Shown: positions 1-6,153 of the stretch, in pieces | Position numbering within the stretch: position 1 is the first letter of the stretch | How the letters are laid out: each line of letters begins with the position of its first letter | Assembly (NCBI GenBank): GCA_000830275.1 | Contig: CP010424.1 | Location: forward strand, 600,001 to 632,000 | DNA from: an archaeon GW2011_AR10 | GTDB lineage: Archaea > Iainarchaeota > Iainarchaeia > Iainarchaeales > GW2011-AR10 | DNA: 32,000 nucleotides | Direction of reading: 5' to 3' | Notes under the pieces: model-generated | Told to the model about the DNA's origin: nothing | The model's input: the letters and a program-made list of their open reading frames with translations, nothing else | The model's database searches: none | Translations under genes and position numbers: made by a program

Positions 1-2
1 CG

Positions 3-407
3 CTGAAAGAACCAGTGAAAGGCAATGTTCTGCTTGTCGGCGATGCAGCTTTTCAGACAAAGAGCACAACTGGCGGAGGCATCCTGACAGGAATCAATGC
101 GGGCAAGGCAGCAGCAAAAGCAATCGATGATTTCTACAAGAGCAAGAAACCTTTAACCAATTACTCCAAGTACTTGAAGCCAATCAACAAAGAGCTGGAG
201 CTGCACTGGAAGCTGAGAAAATATTTCAACGGGCTCAGCAACGAAAAACTGGACAAATTGTTTGTGAAAATGAGGAAAGCGAAGGTAGGGGAATTCCTGA
301 GCGAGCACGGTGACATGGACAAGCCAAGCAGGTTCATAGGCAAAGTTCTCACAAGGCCAAGCATGTGGAGAATGTTCCCCGAATTCGTAAGCTTTATGGT
401 GAAATAA
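3..407 (+). CDS. Geranylgeranyl reductase family flavoprotein (digeranylgeranylglycerophospholipid reductase-like), C-terminal part; 5' end lies outside the window
   Basis: The reading frame is open to the window edge. LLVGDAAFQTKSTTGGGI matches the GDAA-x(5-6)-tGGGI FAD-contact motif of GGR/FixC-type reductases. Stop at 405-407. Confidence 0.7.
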   Translation: MKEPVKGNVLLVGDAAFQTKSTTGGGILTGINAGKAAAKAIDDFYKSKKPLTNYSKYLKPINKELELHWKLRKYFNGLSNEKLDKLFVKMRKAKVGEFLSEHGDMDKPSRFIGKVLTRPSMWRMFPEFVSFMVK

Positions 408-490
408 ATTACGCCCTAGCCAAACAACAGGTTTTCCGCTCACCCACTAAAACAGCTACTAGCACCAGAAAACAGGACGTCCTCCAATGC

Positions 491-687
491 CTAAAGGCGC
501 AGCCTCTTTTTCGCAAGCCTCCTCGTAAAACCTTTGGTTTTACGTGGCCCGCAAAATCCCTGATTTTGCTTGGGTTTTCTAAAAGGCTTAAGGCAGTGGT
601 TCCCCGACATTTACAAAAAGGACGTCTCTTACCCGTCAACGGAAAAAATCCACAAAAAAAAGACCATCTTGCAGAACAAAGTTCTGC
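491..687. repeat. Hairpin-rich intergenic repeat, copy 1 (core 506-586; partner copy at 2519-2641)
   Basis: The 81-bp core 506-586 matches 2540-2620 at 73/81 positions in direct orientation. It holds hairpins at 521-547, 551-569 and 671-687. Relative to copy 2 it carries an extra block of about 83 bp (587-669). It is flanked by ctaaaggc (491-498) and ctaaaaggc (579-587). Confidence 0.75.
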
Positions 688-760
688 GAGACCTCGCAAA
701 CGGAGTTTGCAAGGCTCCCTGAAGGAAGTGGATTTTTTGGGTTGTTAAATGCAAGGCAAG

Positions 761-1051
761 TTATTCTTCAACTTCAAGGGTTCCATTCCTTCCGGCGCTA
801 ACCTGAATTTGGCCCTGCCACTCACTGCACCAGCCGTTCGTGATTTTCACTTTTGAGCCTTCCTTCACTTTGTCAATTTCATCGTTCCAGAGGCTGAGTT
901 TCACTTCTTTTCCTTTATTGTCCTTTAATACAGCGCTGGCTACCTTGCCTGAGCCCCTTTCATTTGCAAAAGAGCGCGACTCGCTGACTGAAACAATTTC
1001 CCCTGAAAGTTCGTCAAAACCACTTCTCGGCTTCAAGTCCTTCACTAACAA
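761..1051 (-). CDS. Small single-OB-fold nucleic-acid-binding protein (SSB/RPA-like)
   Basis: 96-aa ORF. The beta-rich pattern GKVASAVLKDNKGKEVKLSLWNDEIDKVKEGSKVKITNGW...GQIQVS is typical of short archaeal OB-fold proteins. A gaggtg SD-like motif lies upstream. The start is TTG 1051 or GTG 1045. Confidence 0.55.
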   Translation of the reverse strand: MLVKDLKPRSGFDELSGEIVSVSESRSFANERGSGKVASAVLKDNKGKEVKLSLWNDEIDKVKEGSKVKITNGWCSEWQGQIQVSAGRNGTLEVEE

Positions 1052-1269
1052 TCCAACACCTCAAAAAAGTTCTGTGAAAAAAGTTAACTCCCTTGGTTCT
1101 TTTAAAGGAATAGCATAAATCGGCTTAACAGGATGGTCTCTAAAAAACACCTCCATAGTGTAAAGTGCAACCCGCCATTTCTGGGTTTTCATAACATCAT
1201 GCATGCAAATAAAACTAAAGAAAATAAACAGTTTTCTGTTGAAGGAAAAAAACGCGAATCTAAAAATGA

Positions 1270-1295
1270 AATAGCCCCGCAGAGATTCGAACTCT
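1270..1295 (-). pseudogene. Orphan tRNA 3'-end fragment (duplicate of the tRNA-Gln 3' end; att-like)
   Basis: 25/26 identity to 2412-2437. That segment covers T-arm positions 50-65, the acceptor 3' strand, the discriminator and 2 flanking nt of the intact tRNA-Gln. No complementary 5' acceptor strand (AGCCCCG) lies nearby. In tRNA sense it is followed by T-runs like a tRNA terminator. Confidence 0.8.
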
Positions 1296-1342
1296 CATGG
1301 CAGGTCGTCCCTTTTGACACAGAAAGACTTAAATAAACTTGT

Positions 1343-1358
1343 TATATCAATTGATATA
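1343..1358. promoter_or_regulatory. Perfect 16-bp palindrome tatatcaattgatata between a TATA-like box and the ATG of the wHTH/RelE-like operon (candidate operator)
   Basis: tatatcaa/ttgatata is perfectly self-complementary. A ttaaataaa TATA-like element sits at 1329-1337 and the ATG at 1369. It shares 12/16 positions with the palindrome at 29262-29277. Confidence 0.5.
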
Positions 1359-1368
1359 GTGAATTAAT

Positions 1369-1659
1369 ATGTCTATTGCCAAAACAATTTTTTCGCCTAA
1401 AAATATTCTTAGATACCCAAGATTGGATACGGTCCTCATGGTAGAAGAAGCTATCAGAAAAGCCAAAGATTATCCAACCAAGGCAAAGCTCTGGAAGAGC
1501 CTTCCAAAAAAAATGATGTACCAGACATTCAATACCATAATTGACTATTTGGAGTATTCTGGCAAAATCTTGGTTGAAAAAGACGGTTCAATAATCTGGA
1601 TTTGGGACCCGCAAGGCGTTAGAGAACTTTTGAGCAAAAAGCATTTAGTGGTCCGATGA
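1369..1659 (+). CDS. Small winged-helix-like protein (candidate antitoxin/regulator)
   Basis: 96-aa ORF with a 4-bp ATGA overlap with the downstream RelE-like ORF. The segment YQTFNTIIDYLEYSGKILVEKDGSIIWIW resembles a recognition-helix-plus-wing pattern. Confidence 0.45.
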   Translation: MSIAKTIFSPKNILRYPRLDTVLMVEEAIRKAKDYPTKAKLWKSLPKKMMYQTFNTIIDYLEYSGKILVEKDGSIIWIWDPQGVRELLSKKHLVVR

Positions 1660-2009
1660 AACAAGACAACCGGAAAATCTTTGTAATCTTTGTTGACGAT
1701 AAAACCAAAGAGGCATACGACAAACTCAAAGCAGGAAAATTTGAAGACAAGGAACTATACGAATTCATTAACCGGGCAATGGATGACATGAAGAAAAACC
1801 CGCGCGTCGGAATACACTTGCCAAAACGCTTAATACCAAAAGAATACATCCAAAAATACGGCGTAAACAACCTTTACAAATATGACCTGCCAAACAGCTG
1901 GCGACTCATTTACACAATCAAAGGAAGCGAAGTGGAAATACTTGCAGTAATCCTGGAATGGTTTGACCACAAAAACTACGACAGAAAATTTGGATACAAG
2001 ACGAGCTGA
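1656..2009 (+). CDS. RelE/ParE-superfamily toxin-like protein
   Basis: 117 aa. KNPRVG...LPNSWRLIYTIKGSEVEILAVILEWFDHKNYDRKFGY resembles the nP...l.g..yR.iY.i....v.i..i.hR..aY core of RelE/ParE toxins. It is translationally coupled to the upstream small ORF. Confidence 0.5.
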   Translation: MKQDNRKIFVIFVDDKTKEAYDKLKAGKFEDKELYEFINRAMDDMKKNPRVGIHLPKRLIPKEYIQKYGVNNLYKYDLPNSWRLIYTIKGSEVEILAVILEWFDHKNYDRKFGYKTS

Positions 2010-2124
2010 AAAAATTATTTTACAACAGCTATGAAAGGTTAGCCTCAGCCAAAACCATTGCCTCAAAAAAACGAAAAGATACGTCTCGTACTCCTTTTTA
2101 AATTTTTTTTTGAAGAATTTTTGT

Positions 2125-2313
2125 ATGAATTCTGGCGGACAAATACAACAGTTTCTTTTAATTGGAGTAGTTGGAATTATCGGAGCAATAATTATTTTTG
2201 CCATTGCCCAAGAGGGCGCAAAATTAATTCCAAGTGCAGGAGGGTATTTATGGGGAATTGCCATAGCATTCGCTGTTGCAGTTGGAGTTGCTTTGAAATC
2301 GTTTTTTAAGTAA
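2125..2313 (+). CDS. Small two-TM membrane protein (hypothetical)
   Basis: ATG at 2125, about 25 nt after a tttttaaat TATA-like box, which suggests a leaderless transcript. It has two hydrophobic segments, FLLIGVVGIIGAIIIFAIA and LWGIAIAFAVAVGVAL. The track ORF starts earlier, at TTG 2110. Confidence 0.45.
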   Translation: MNSGGQIQQFLLIGVVGIIGAIIIFAIAQEGAKLIPSAGGYLWGIAIAFAVAVGVALKSFFK

Positions 2314-2413
2314 TTCAAAAAATCACCCCGTCTTTGTCAGAGAAAAAAAGTTACCCTGCAAAAAAAGGTAGTTGCTTAAGATTTCGCATGAGTAAGCGTA
2401 CCAAATCGGACAA

Positions 2414-2486
2414 TAGCCCCACAGAGATTCGAACTCTGGTCTCGAGCTCCAGAGGCTCGCATCCTTGGCCGCTAGACTATGGGGCT
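2414..2486 (-). tRNA. tRNA-Gln (anticodon CUG), 73 nt, no intron, CCA not encoded
   Basis: The reverse complement folds as a cloverleaf. Acceptor AGCCCCA/TGGGGCT. Anticodon stem CGAGC/GCTCG with loop CTCTGGA (U33, anticodon CTG, G37). T-arm CAGAG-TTCGAAT-CTCTG. Discriminator A. Confidence 0.9.
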
Positions 2487-2518
2487 AAGAACTAAAATTT
2501 ATTTGGTAAACAATTTCT

Positions 2519-2641
2519 TAAAAGGGTTTGCTGTAGGCCCTTTTTCGCAAACCTCCTTGTAAAACCAAAGGTTTTACGAGGCCCGCAAAATCCATGATTT
2601 TGCTTGGGTTTCCTAAAAGGTTTTTGCAGAACAGGTTTTGC
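2519..2641. repeat. Hairpin-rich intergenic repeat, copy 2 (core 2540-2620), immediately upstream of tRNA-Gln
   Basis: 73/81 identity to 506-586. Hairpins at 2555-2581 (12 bp including one G.U), 2585-2603 and 2626-2641. Flanked by aaaagggttt (2520-2529) and aaaaggttt (2615-2623). Confidence 0.75.
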
Positions 2642-2665
2642 ACGAATTACTGTGAGCCCTGAAAA

Positions 2666-3250
2666 CTAAAACTTGTTTTCTGGGGGAGTAACAATTATTT
2701 TTGTGAAAAACTGGGAGATTTCCATTACCATTTCCCTTGTTTTCTGGTCGTCTAATGCAATGAGCACTGCCCGAGCGTTAAGCAGCTCAATTTTTCCCAG
2801 CACAAAATGAATGAATTCCTGGATTCTTCTCGGCCTGTTGTAGATCAGGCTCGTTGTAAGCGAGTCATCGAAAAGGAAATCAAACTTGAAGTTCTTTGAA
2901 AGCTTTACTGTAAGGATTGCTGCGCTAGTGAAAGCAGTTGGGCTTCTAAGATAAAAAACGTTGTTTGCCTGTATTGCGAGATTGTTTTCCCTGCTGATGA
3001 AGTCAACAAAAAAGTGCTTGGACGTGTCAATGCCCATCATCTCAAGCTCCCTCTTAATGACCGTTGAAGGCTTGTTAGAGGAAGAATAAATTCCCTTCAA
3101 CTTGAGGTCAAGGATAAGGTGCTTTATCAAGGCATTCCTTGTAGCAAAAAAATCTCCGGGCTTGACCAGAACAAGGTAGGCGTCACCGTTCTTGAAGTCA
3201 CTGAACTGCTCTAAAAGCTCGCTTTCAAACGTTTTCTGGATTGACTGCAA
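2666..3250 (-). CDS. KaiC/RecA-fold-like protein lacking a recognisable Walker A motif (hypothetical)
   Basis: 194 aa. Its layout resembles single KaiC/RadA-like domains: YLVLVKPGDFF...IYSSS...MMGID...FDFLFDDSLTTSL...AVLIALDD. However, GxxxxGK[ST] is replaced by KPGDFFATR. TTG start. Confidence 0.35.
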   Translation of the reverse strand: MQSIQKTFESELLEQFSDFKNGDAYLVLVKPGDFFATRNALIKHLILDLKLKGIYSSSNKPSTVIKRELEMMGIDTSKHFFVDFISRENNLAIQANNVFYLRSPTAFTSAAILTVKLSKNFKFDFLFDDSLTTSLIYNRPRRIQEFIHFVLGKIELLNARAVLIALDDQKTREMVMEISQFFTKIIVTPPENKF

Positions 3251-3285
3251 AAACCCACCCCCCTAAAAAAATGTGGCAAAAAAAT

Positions 3286-3315
3286 GTTTTATGGTATATA
3301 GTTTTATGGTATATA
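3286..3315. repeat. Perfect tandem duplication 2 x 15 bp (gttttatggtatata), TATA-containing, in a divergent promoter region
   Basis: 3286-3300 equals 3301-3315 exactly. On the minus strand the unit reads tatataccataaaac and lies upstream of the 2666-3250 gene. Confidence 0.85.
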
Positions 3316-3368
3316 ACTTGTTCCAAGAACAGGTTTTAAAAGATTTTGAAAACAATTAAATAGTAGTT

Positions 3369-3426
3369 TAGCATTAGTTGTATAAAAGTGAATTGTTTAG
3401 CATTAGTTCTATAAAGGTGAATTGTA
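3369..3426. repeat. Tandem duplication 2 x 29 bp (tagcattagttgtataaaagtgaattgtt), each unit carrying a TATA-like box; overlaps the 5' end of the lipoprotein ORF
   Basis: Unit 1 (3369-3397) matches unit 2 (3398-3426) at 26/29. Each unit contains a tataaa(a/g)g motif. Confidence 0.85.
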
Positions 3427-4676
3427 TTAAAACAAAGTTTTTGTTCGTTTTTCTCGCGCTGATTGTATTAGTAAGCGGTTGCATGCAGCAGCCTCCAGCA
3501 ACAGGTGATGGAACAACTCCTCCAATAGGAGGAAATGATGATACTGTTGTGCCTCCAACTGATGGTGGAGGAGGCACAGTAGACGAAGCCCCACCTCAAA
3601 TTGAGCCAGAGGGAGAGGAAATTGATGAAGTAGCGCCGGCTGTAGAACCTGAAACCGTGATTTCAGAAACCAATAGAATTGCGAGGTTTGTTGCAAGCAT
3701 AACTGACAATCCGCTGCCAGCATCCACAGACAGAACTGTTTCAGTTTTCAAGGGAAACGGAAACGATGAGAACTTTGTCCCTCCGGGCCAGCAAGAAGAA
3801 GACCAAAACGATTTAGATGACGATGATGAAAATGAAACTGATGGCTCAAGAGGAAATGGCAGCAAAAAGCCTGAAAGGGTTGACTTGAACAAAATGACTG
3901 CATTGAACATAACCATCGGGGAGATTTCAATTCATTTGAGCAGGAGCTTTGAATCTGTGCCTGATGTCAATGAGACAGAGGACGAAAACGAAGCAGAAGT
4001 TCCTGACCTGAACGAGATGGAAGAGGATGAAAATGAGTTTGAGGAGCCAGACCTGAATGAAACAGAGGACGAAAATGGAGAAGTTCCGGATGTGAACACG
4101 ACAGAAGACGAAAACAATGGCATTGACGACCTCAATGAATCCGAGGAAAATGACGAAAACCAAAACGAGGACGTTAACCTGGGCCTGCAGGAAGACGAGA
4201 ATGCAGTTGGAGAGCAGGACAGCAACGCTTCAACCAAAAAGAAGAACAAATGGATTCTTTTAAGTGAAGAAGAGCAAACCTTTGACTTGCTGCAGCTGAT
4301 TGACACTGAAGCATTGCTTGCTGACAAGGAGATTCCTGCTGGAAAGTACACGCAGATAAGGCTGCAGATTTTGTCAGCCACTGCAGTAATTGATGGCAAC
4401 GAGTTTGATGTGCGGGTGCCACCGAACAAACTGATGCTGCACGGCGTGTTCAATGCAGATGCTAACAGCATTGTTTTCATGAGCCTTGACTTTGATGTTG
4501 GAAAATCAGTGCATGTAACTGGAAACAACCAAATTATTTTGAGGCCGACGATTAGGCTGAAAGTAATTGAAGATACAGAAGTTTCAGTTGAAGACGGCGA
4601 AGTTGAAGCCGAAAGCGGAGAAACAGTGGAAGAATCAGAGCAGGAATTTGACGAAGAGGGCGAAGAAGCCTCTTGA
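3417..4676 (+). CDS. Secreted/lipobox protein with an acidic tandem-repeat linker and a C-terminal DUF4382-like beta domain
   Basis: The ORF is open from 3378, but that segment lies within the duplicated promoter units. The likely start is GTG 3417, giving VNCIKTKFLFVFLALIVLVSGC (signal peptide plus a lipobox-like SGC). The C-terminus IPAGKYTQIRLQILSATAVIDGNEFDVRVPPNKLMLHG...LDFDVGKSV resembles DUF4382. Confidence 0.65.
   Translation: MNCIKTKFLFVFLALIVLVSGCMQQPPATGDGTTPPIGGNDDTVVPPTDGGGGTVDEAPPQIEPEGEEIDEVAPAVEPETVISETNRIARFVASITDNPLPASTDRTVSVFKGNGNDENFVPPGQQEEDQNDLDDDDENETDGSRGNGSKKPERVDLNKMTALNITIGEISIHLSRSFESVPDVNETEDENEAEVPDLNEMEEDENEFEEPDLNETEDENGEVPDVNTTEDENNGIDDLNESEENDENQNEDVNLGLQEDENAVGEQDSNASTKKKNKWILLSEEEQTFDLLQLIDTEALLADKEIPAGKYTQIRLQILSATAVIDGNEFDVRVPPNKLMLHGVFNADANSIVFMSLDFDVGKSVHVTGNNQIILRPTIRLKVIEDTEVSVEDGEVEAESGETVEESEQEFDEEGEEAS
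3958..4200 (+). repeat. Degenerate in-frame tandem repeats encoding about 5 x P-D-[VL]-N-E-T-E-D-E-N acidic units
   Basis: Recurring DNA units ccNgaNNtNaaNgaNacagaggacgaaaaN start near 3960, 4002, 4047, 4085 and 4125. Confidence 0.7.
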
Positions 4677-4683
4677 GATTAAA

Positions 4684-5391
4684 CTATTTCCCGAATTTTC
4701 TGTTCCTTTCATTGAAGTCTGTTATTGCGCTGTCCAAGTCCTGCTTGCTGAATTCAGGCCAGAACTTTGGGCAAAAAAAGAGTTCGGAGTAAGCTGACTG
4801 GTATGTTAGGAAACCACTTAAGCGCTGTGTGCCGGAAGTGCGGATTATCAAATCAGGGTTAGGCATTTCTGCATACAAGAATTTGTTGAAAGAGCTTTCG
4901 TTCAATTCACTCAATGAAACCGAATTGTTTTTGTATGATTCCGCGAATTTTTTTGCTGCATCAACTATTTCCGCTTGGCCATTGTAGCCTAATGCGAGGT
5001 AAATCGTTTTTTTGTTGTTGTCTTCAGTGAATTCCTCCACTTCCCTCATTTTTTGCTGGATTCTTTTTGGGAAAGCGGCTGTGCGACCAATGAACTTCAA
5101 GCTTATTTTTTCGGTTTCAATTATGCGCCTATCCATTGCCTTATCCAACTCTTTTTCAAACAGCTTGAAAAGAACTGCCAATTCGGCTTTGCTCCTGGCA
5201 AGGTTTTCAAGGGAAAGAGTGTAGAATGCCCCTGCCCTGATTTTTGGGTAATCGACAAGCCAGTTCAAAACGTCCCATGCCTTCTCAGTGCCAAGTTGGT
5301 ATGATTTAGCCAGCTCGATGCCTGAACGGAACGCATACCTTCTGTTCCCATCAGGAATGAAAGCAATAGAAGTCAACTCCATGAGGCCCAC
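4684..5391 (-). CDS. uppS: cis-Prenyltransferase (undecaprenyl/di-trans,poly-cis-polyprenyl diphosphate synthase)
   Basis: IPDGNRRYA and IRTSGTQRLSGFLTYQSAYSELFF...WPEF match the two hallmark UPPS motifs. Length is about 235 aa. The start is GTG 5391 or ATG 5382. Confidence 0.9.
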   Translation of the reverse strand: MGLMELTSIAFIPDGNRRYAFRSGIELAKSYQLGTEKAWDVLNWLVDYPKIRAGAFYTLSLENLARSKAELAVLFKLFEKELDKAMDRRIIETEKISLKFIGRTAAFPKRIQQKMREVEEFTEDNNKKTIYLALGYNGQAEIVDAAKKFAESYKNNSVSLSELNESSFNKFLYAEMPNPDLIIRTSGTQRLSGFLTYQSAYSELFFCPKFWPEFSKQDLDSAITDFNERNRKFGK

Positions 5392-5513
5392 TGCAGCGGT
5401 TTAAAGAAGAAATCCAATAATTATTTTAACGGTTTACAGTTTTTAAAGGTATTTGCGCGTTGGTACAAAGTTAGAATTAATAACAACTTAAGCGTAAAAT
5501 TAAGTGGGTTGAA

Positions 5514-5756
5514 ATGACGGCAAAGGTTTCAAAAAAATGGAACGTGAAATCAATTTCGAAGGAAAAGCACGAGCGAGTGATGAGAATACTTGACGAGCTC
5601 TCTGACAAGATGCACGAAATTGACGATATTAGGGTTGGCATCAAGAGGGAGGAAGCAAGGAAAATAAGCCCAGCGCAAACAAAAGCAATGCTGGAGGAAA
5701 TAAAGGTGCCGTCACTGGAAGTAATCAAAGAACAATCAAGCAAGAAAGAAAAATGA
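5514..5756 (+). CDS. Hypothetical charged/coiled-coil protein
   Basis: 80-aa ORF with an ATG start and a 4-bp ATGA overlap with the downstream DUF192 gene. Confidence 0.4.
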   Translation: MTAKVSKKWNVKSISKEKHERVMRILDELSDKMHEIDDIRVGIKREEARKISPAQTKAMLEEIKVPSLEVIKEQSSKKEK

Positions 5757-6127
5757 AGCAGGAGAGCATGGCGCTGTTCAACAAAACAAAGAAAACGCAA
5801 ATAATTGGAAACGTGAGGATTGCAGGAAACTTTTTTTCGCAGTTGAAGGGCCTGATGTTTGAAAGCAAAAAAAAGTTTGATTATGCACTGGTGTTTCCTC
5901 TTCCTTATGAGTCGAAAAGCGGGGCAAGCATTCACTGCTTTTTCGTTTTTTTTCCAATCGATATTGTTTTCCTTGGCAAAAACAGGCGCGTTGTTGATGT
6001 AAAGGAAAGCATTGCACCGTTCACGCCGCTTTACGTTCCCAAAAAGCCCGCAAAATTTTTTGTTGAGTTGCCTGCAGGAAAAGCAAAAGGAATTTCAGTT
6101 GGGGATGAGCTTGAATGGAGTGCTTAG
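5753..6127 (+). CDS. DUF192 (COG1430) family protein
   Basis: QLKGLMFESK...FPIDIVFLGKNRRVVDV...PAKFFVELPAGKAKGISVGDELEW follows the DUF192 pattern GLm.r...pLDiiFld..g.Vv...pa.yvLEl.aG...gi..Gd. Confidence 0.7.
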   Translation: MKQESMALFNKTKKTQIIGNVRIAGNFFSQLKGLMFESKKKFDYALVFPLPYESKSGASIHCFFVFFPIDIVFLGKNRRVVDVKESIAPFTPLYVPKKPAKFFVELPAGKAKGISVGDELEWSA

Positions 6128-6153
6128 AACTTTCAATTGAACGCTGAGAGCGC

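Noticed and set aside
365-748. 127-aa plus-strand ORF (and the 96-aa minus-strand ORF 409-699) covering the long gap after the GGR gene
   Set aside because: It runs straight through the hairpin repeat that recurs at 2519-2641 in a non-coding context. Its composition is basic and low-complexity, there is no motif, and the start is non-ATG. It is more likely non-coding repeat or RNA sequence.
408-760. Possible SRP RNA, RNase P RNA or other known structured RNA in the 350-bp gap
   Set aside because: I could not find the hallmark motifs: GAGGAAAGUCC-type CR-I for RNase P, or the GNAR-capped helix 8 / GGUGC elements of SRP RNA. GC content is low for such RNAs. It is kept only as an uncharacterised repeat.
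1270-1345. Split (trans-spliced) tRNA 3' half, as in Nanoarchaeum
   Set aside because: No GC-rich leader precedes the fragment, and identity to tRNA-Gln stops inside the T-stem rather than at position 37/38. No 5' half with AGCCCCG is in the window. An att-type duplication fits better, but the rest of the genome cannot be checked.
1830-2318. 162-aa minus-strand ORF
   Set aside because: It is antisense to the RelE-like and small membrane ORFs, lacks motifs, and would leave those better-supported genes uncoded.
3286-3426. CRISPR array or minisatellite
   Set aside because: There are only two units per repeat, they are directly adjacent with no spacers, and no cas genes are in the window.
3932-4528. 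198-aa Ser-rich minus-strand ORF (also 3427-3723, 3596-3916, 3927-4163)
   Set aside because: These are antisense shadows of the GAN/GAR-rich acidic repeat region of the lipoprotein gene. Complementary-strand open frames are expected from that codon bias.
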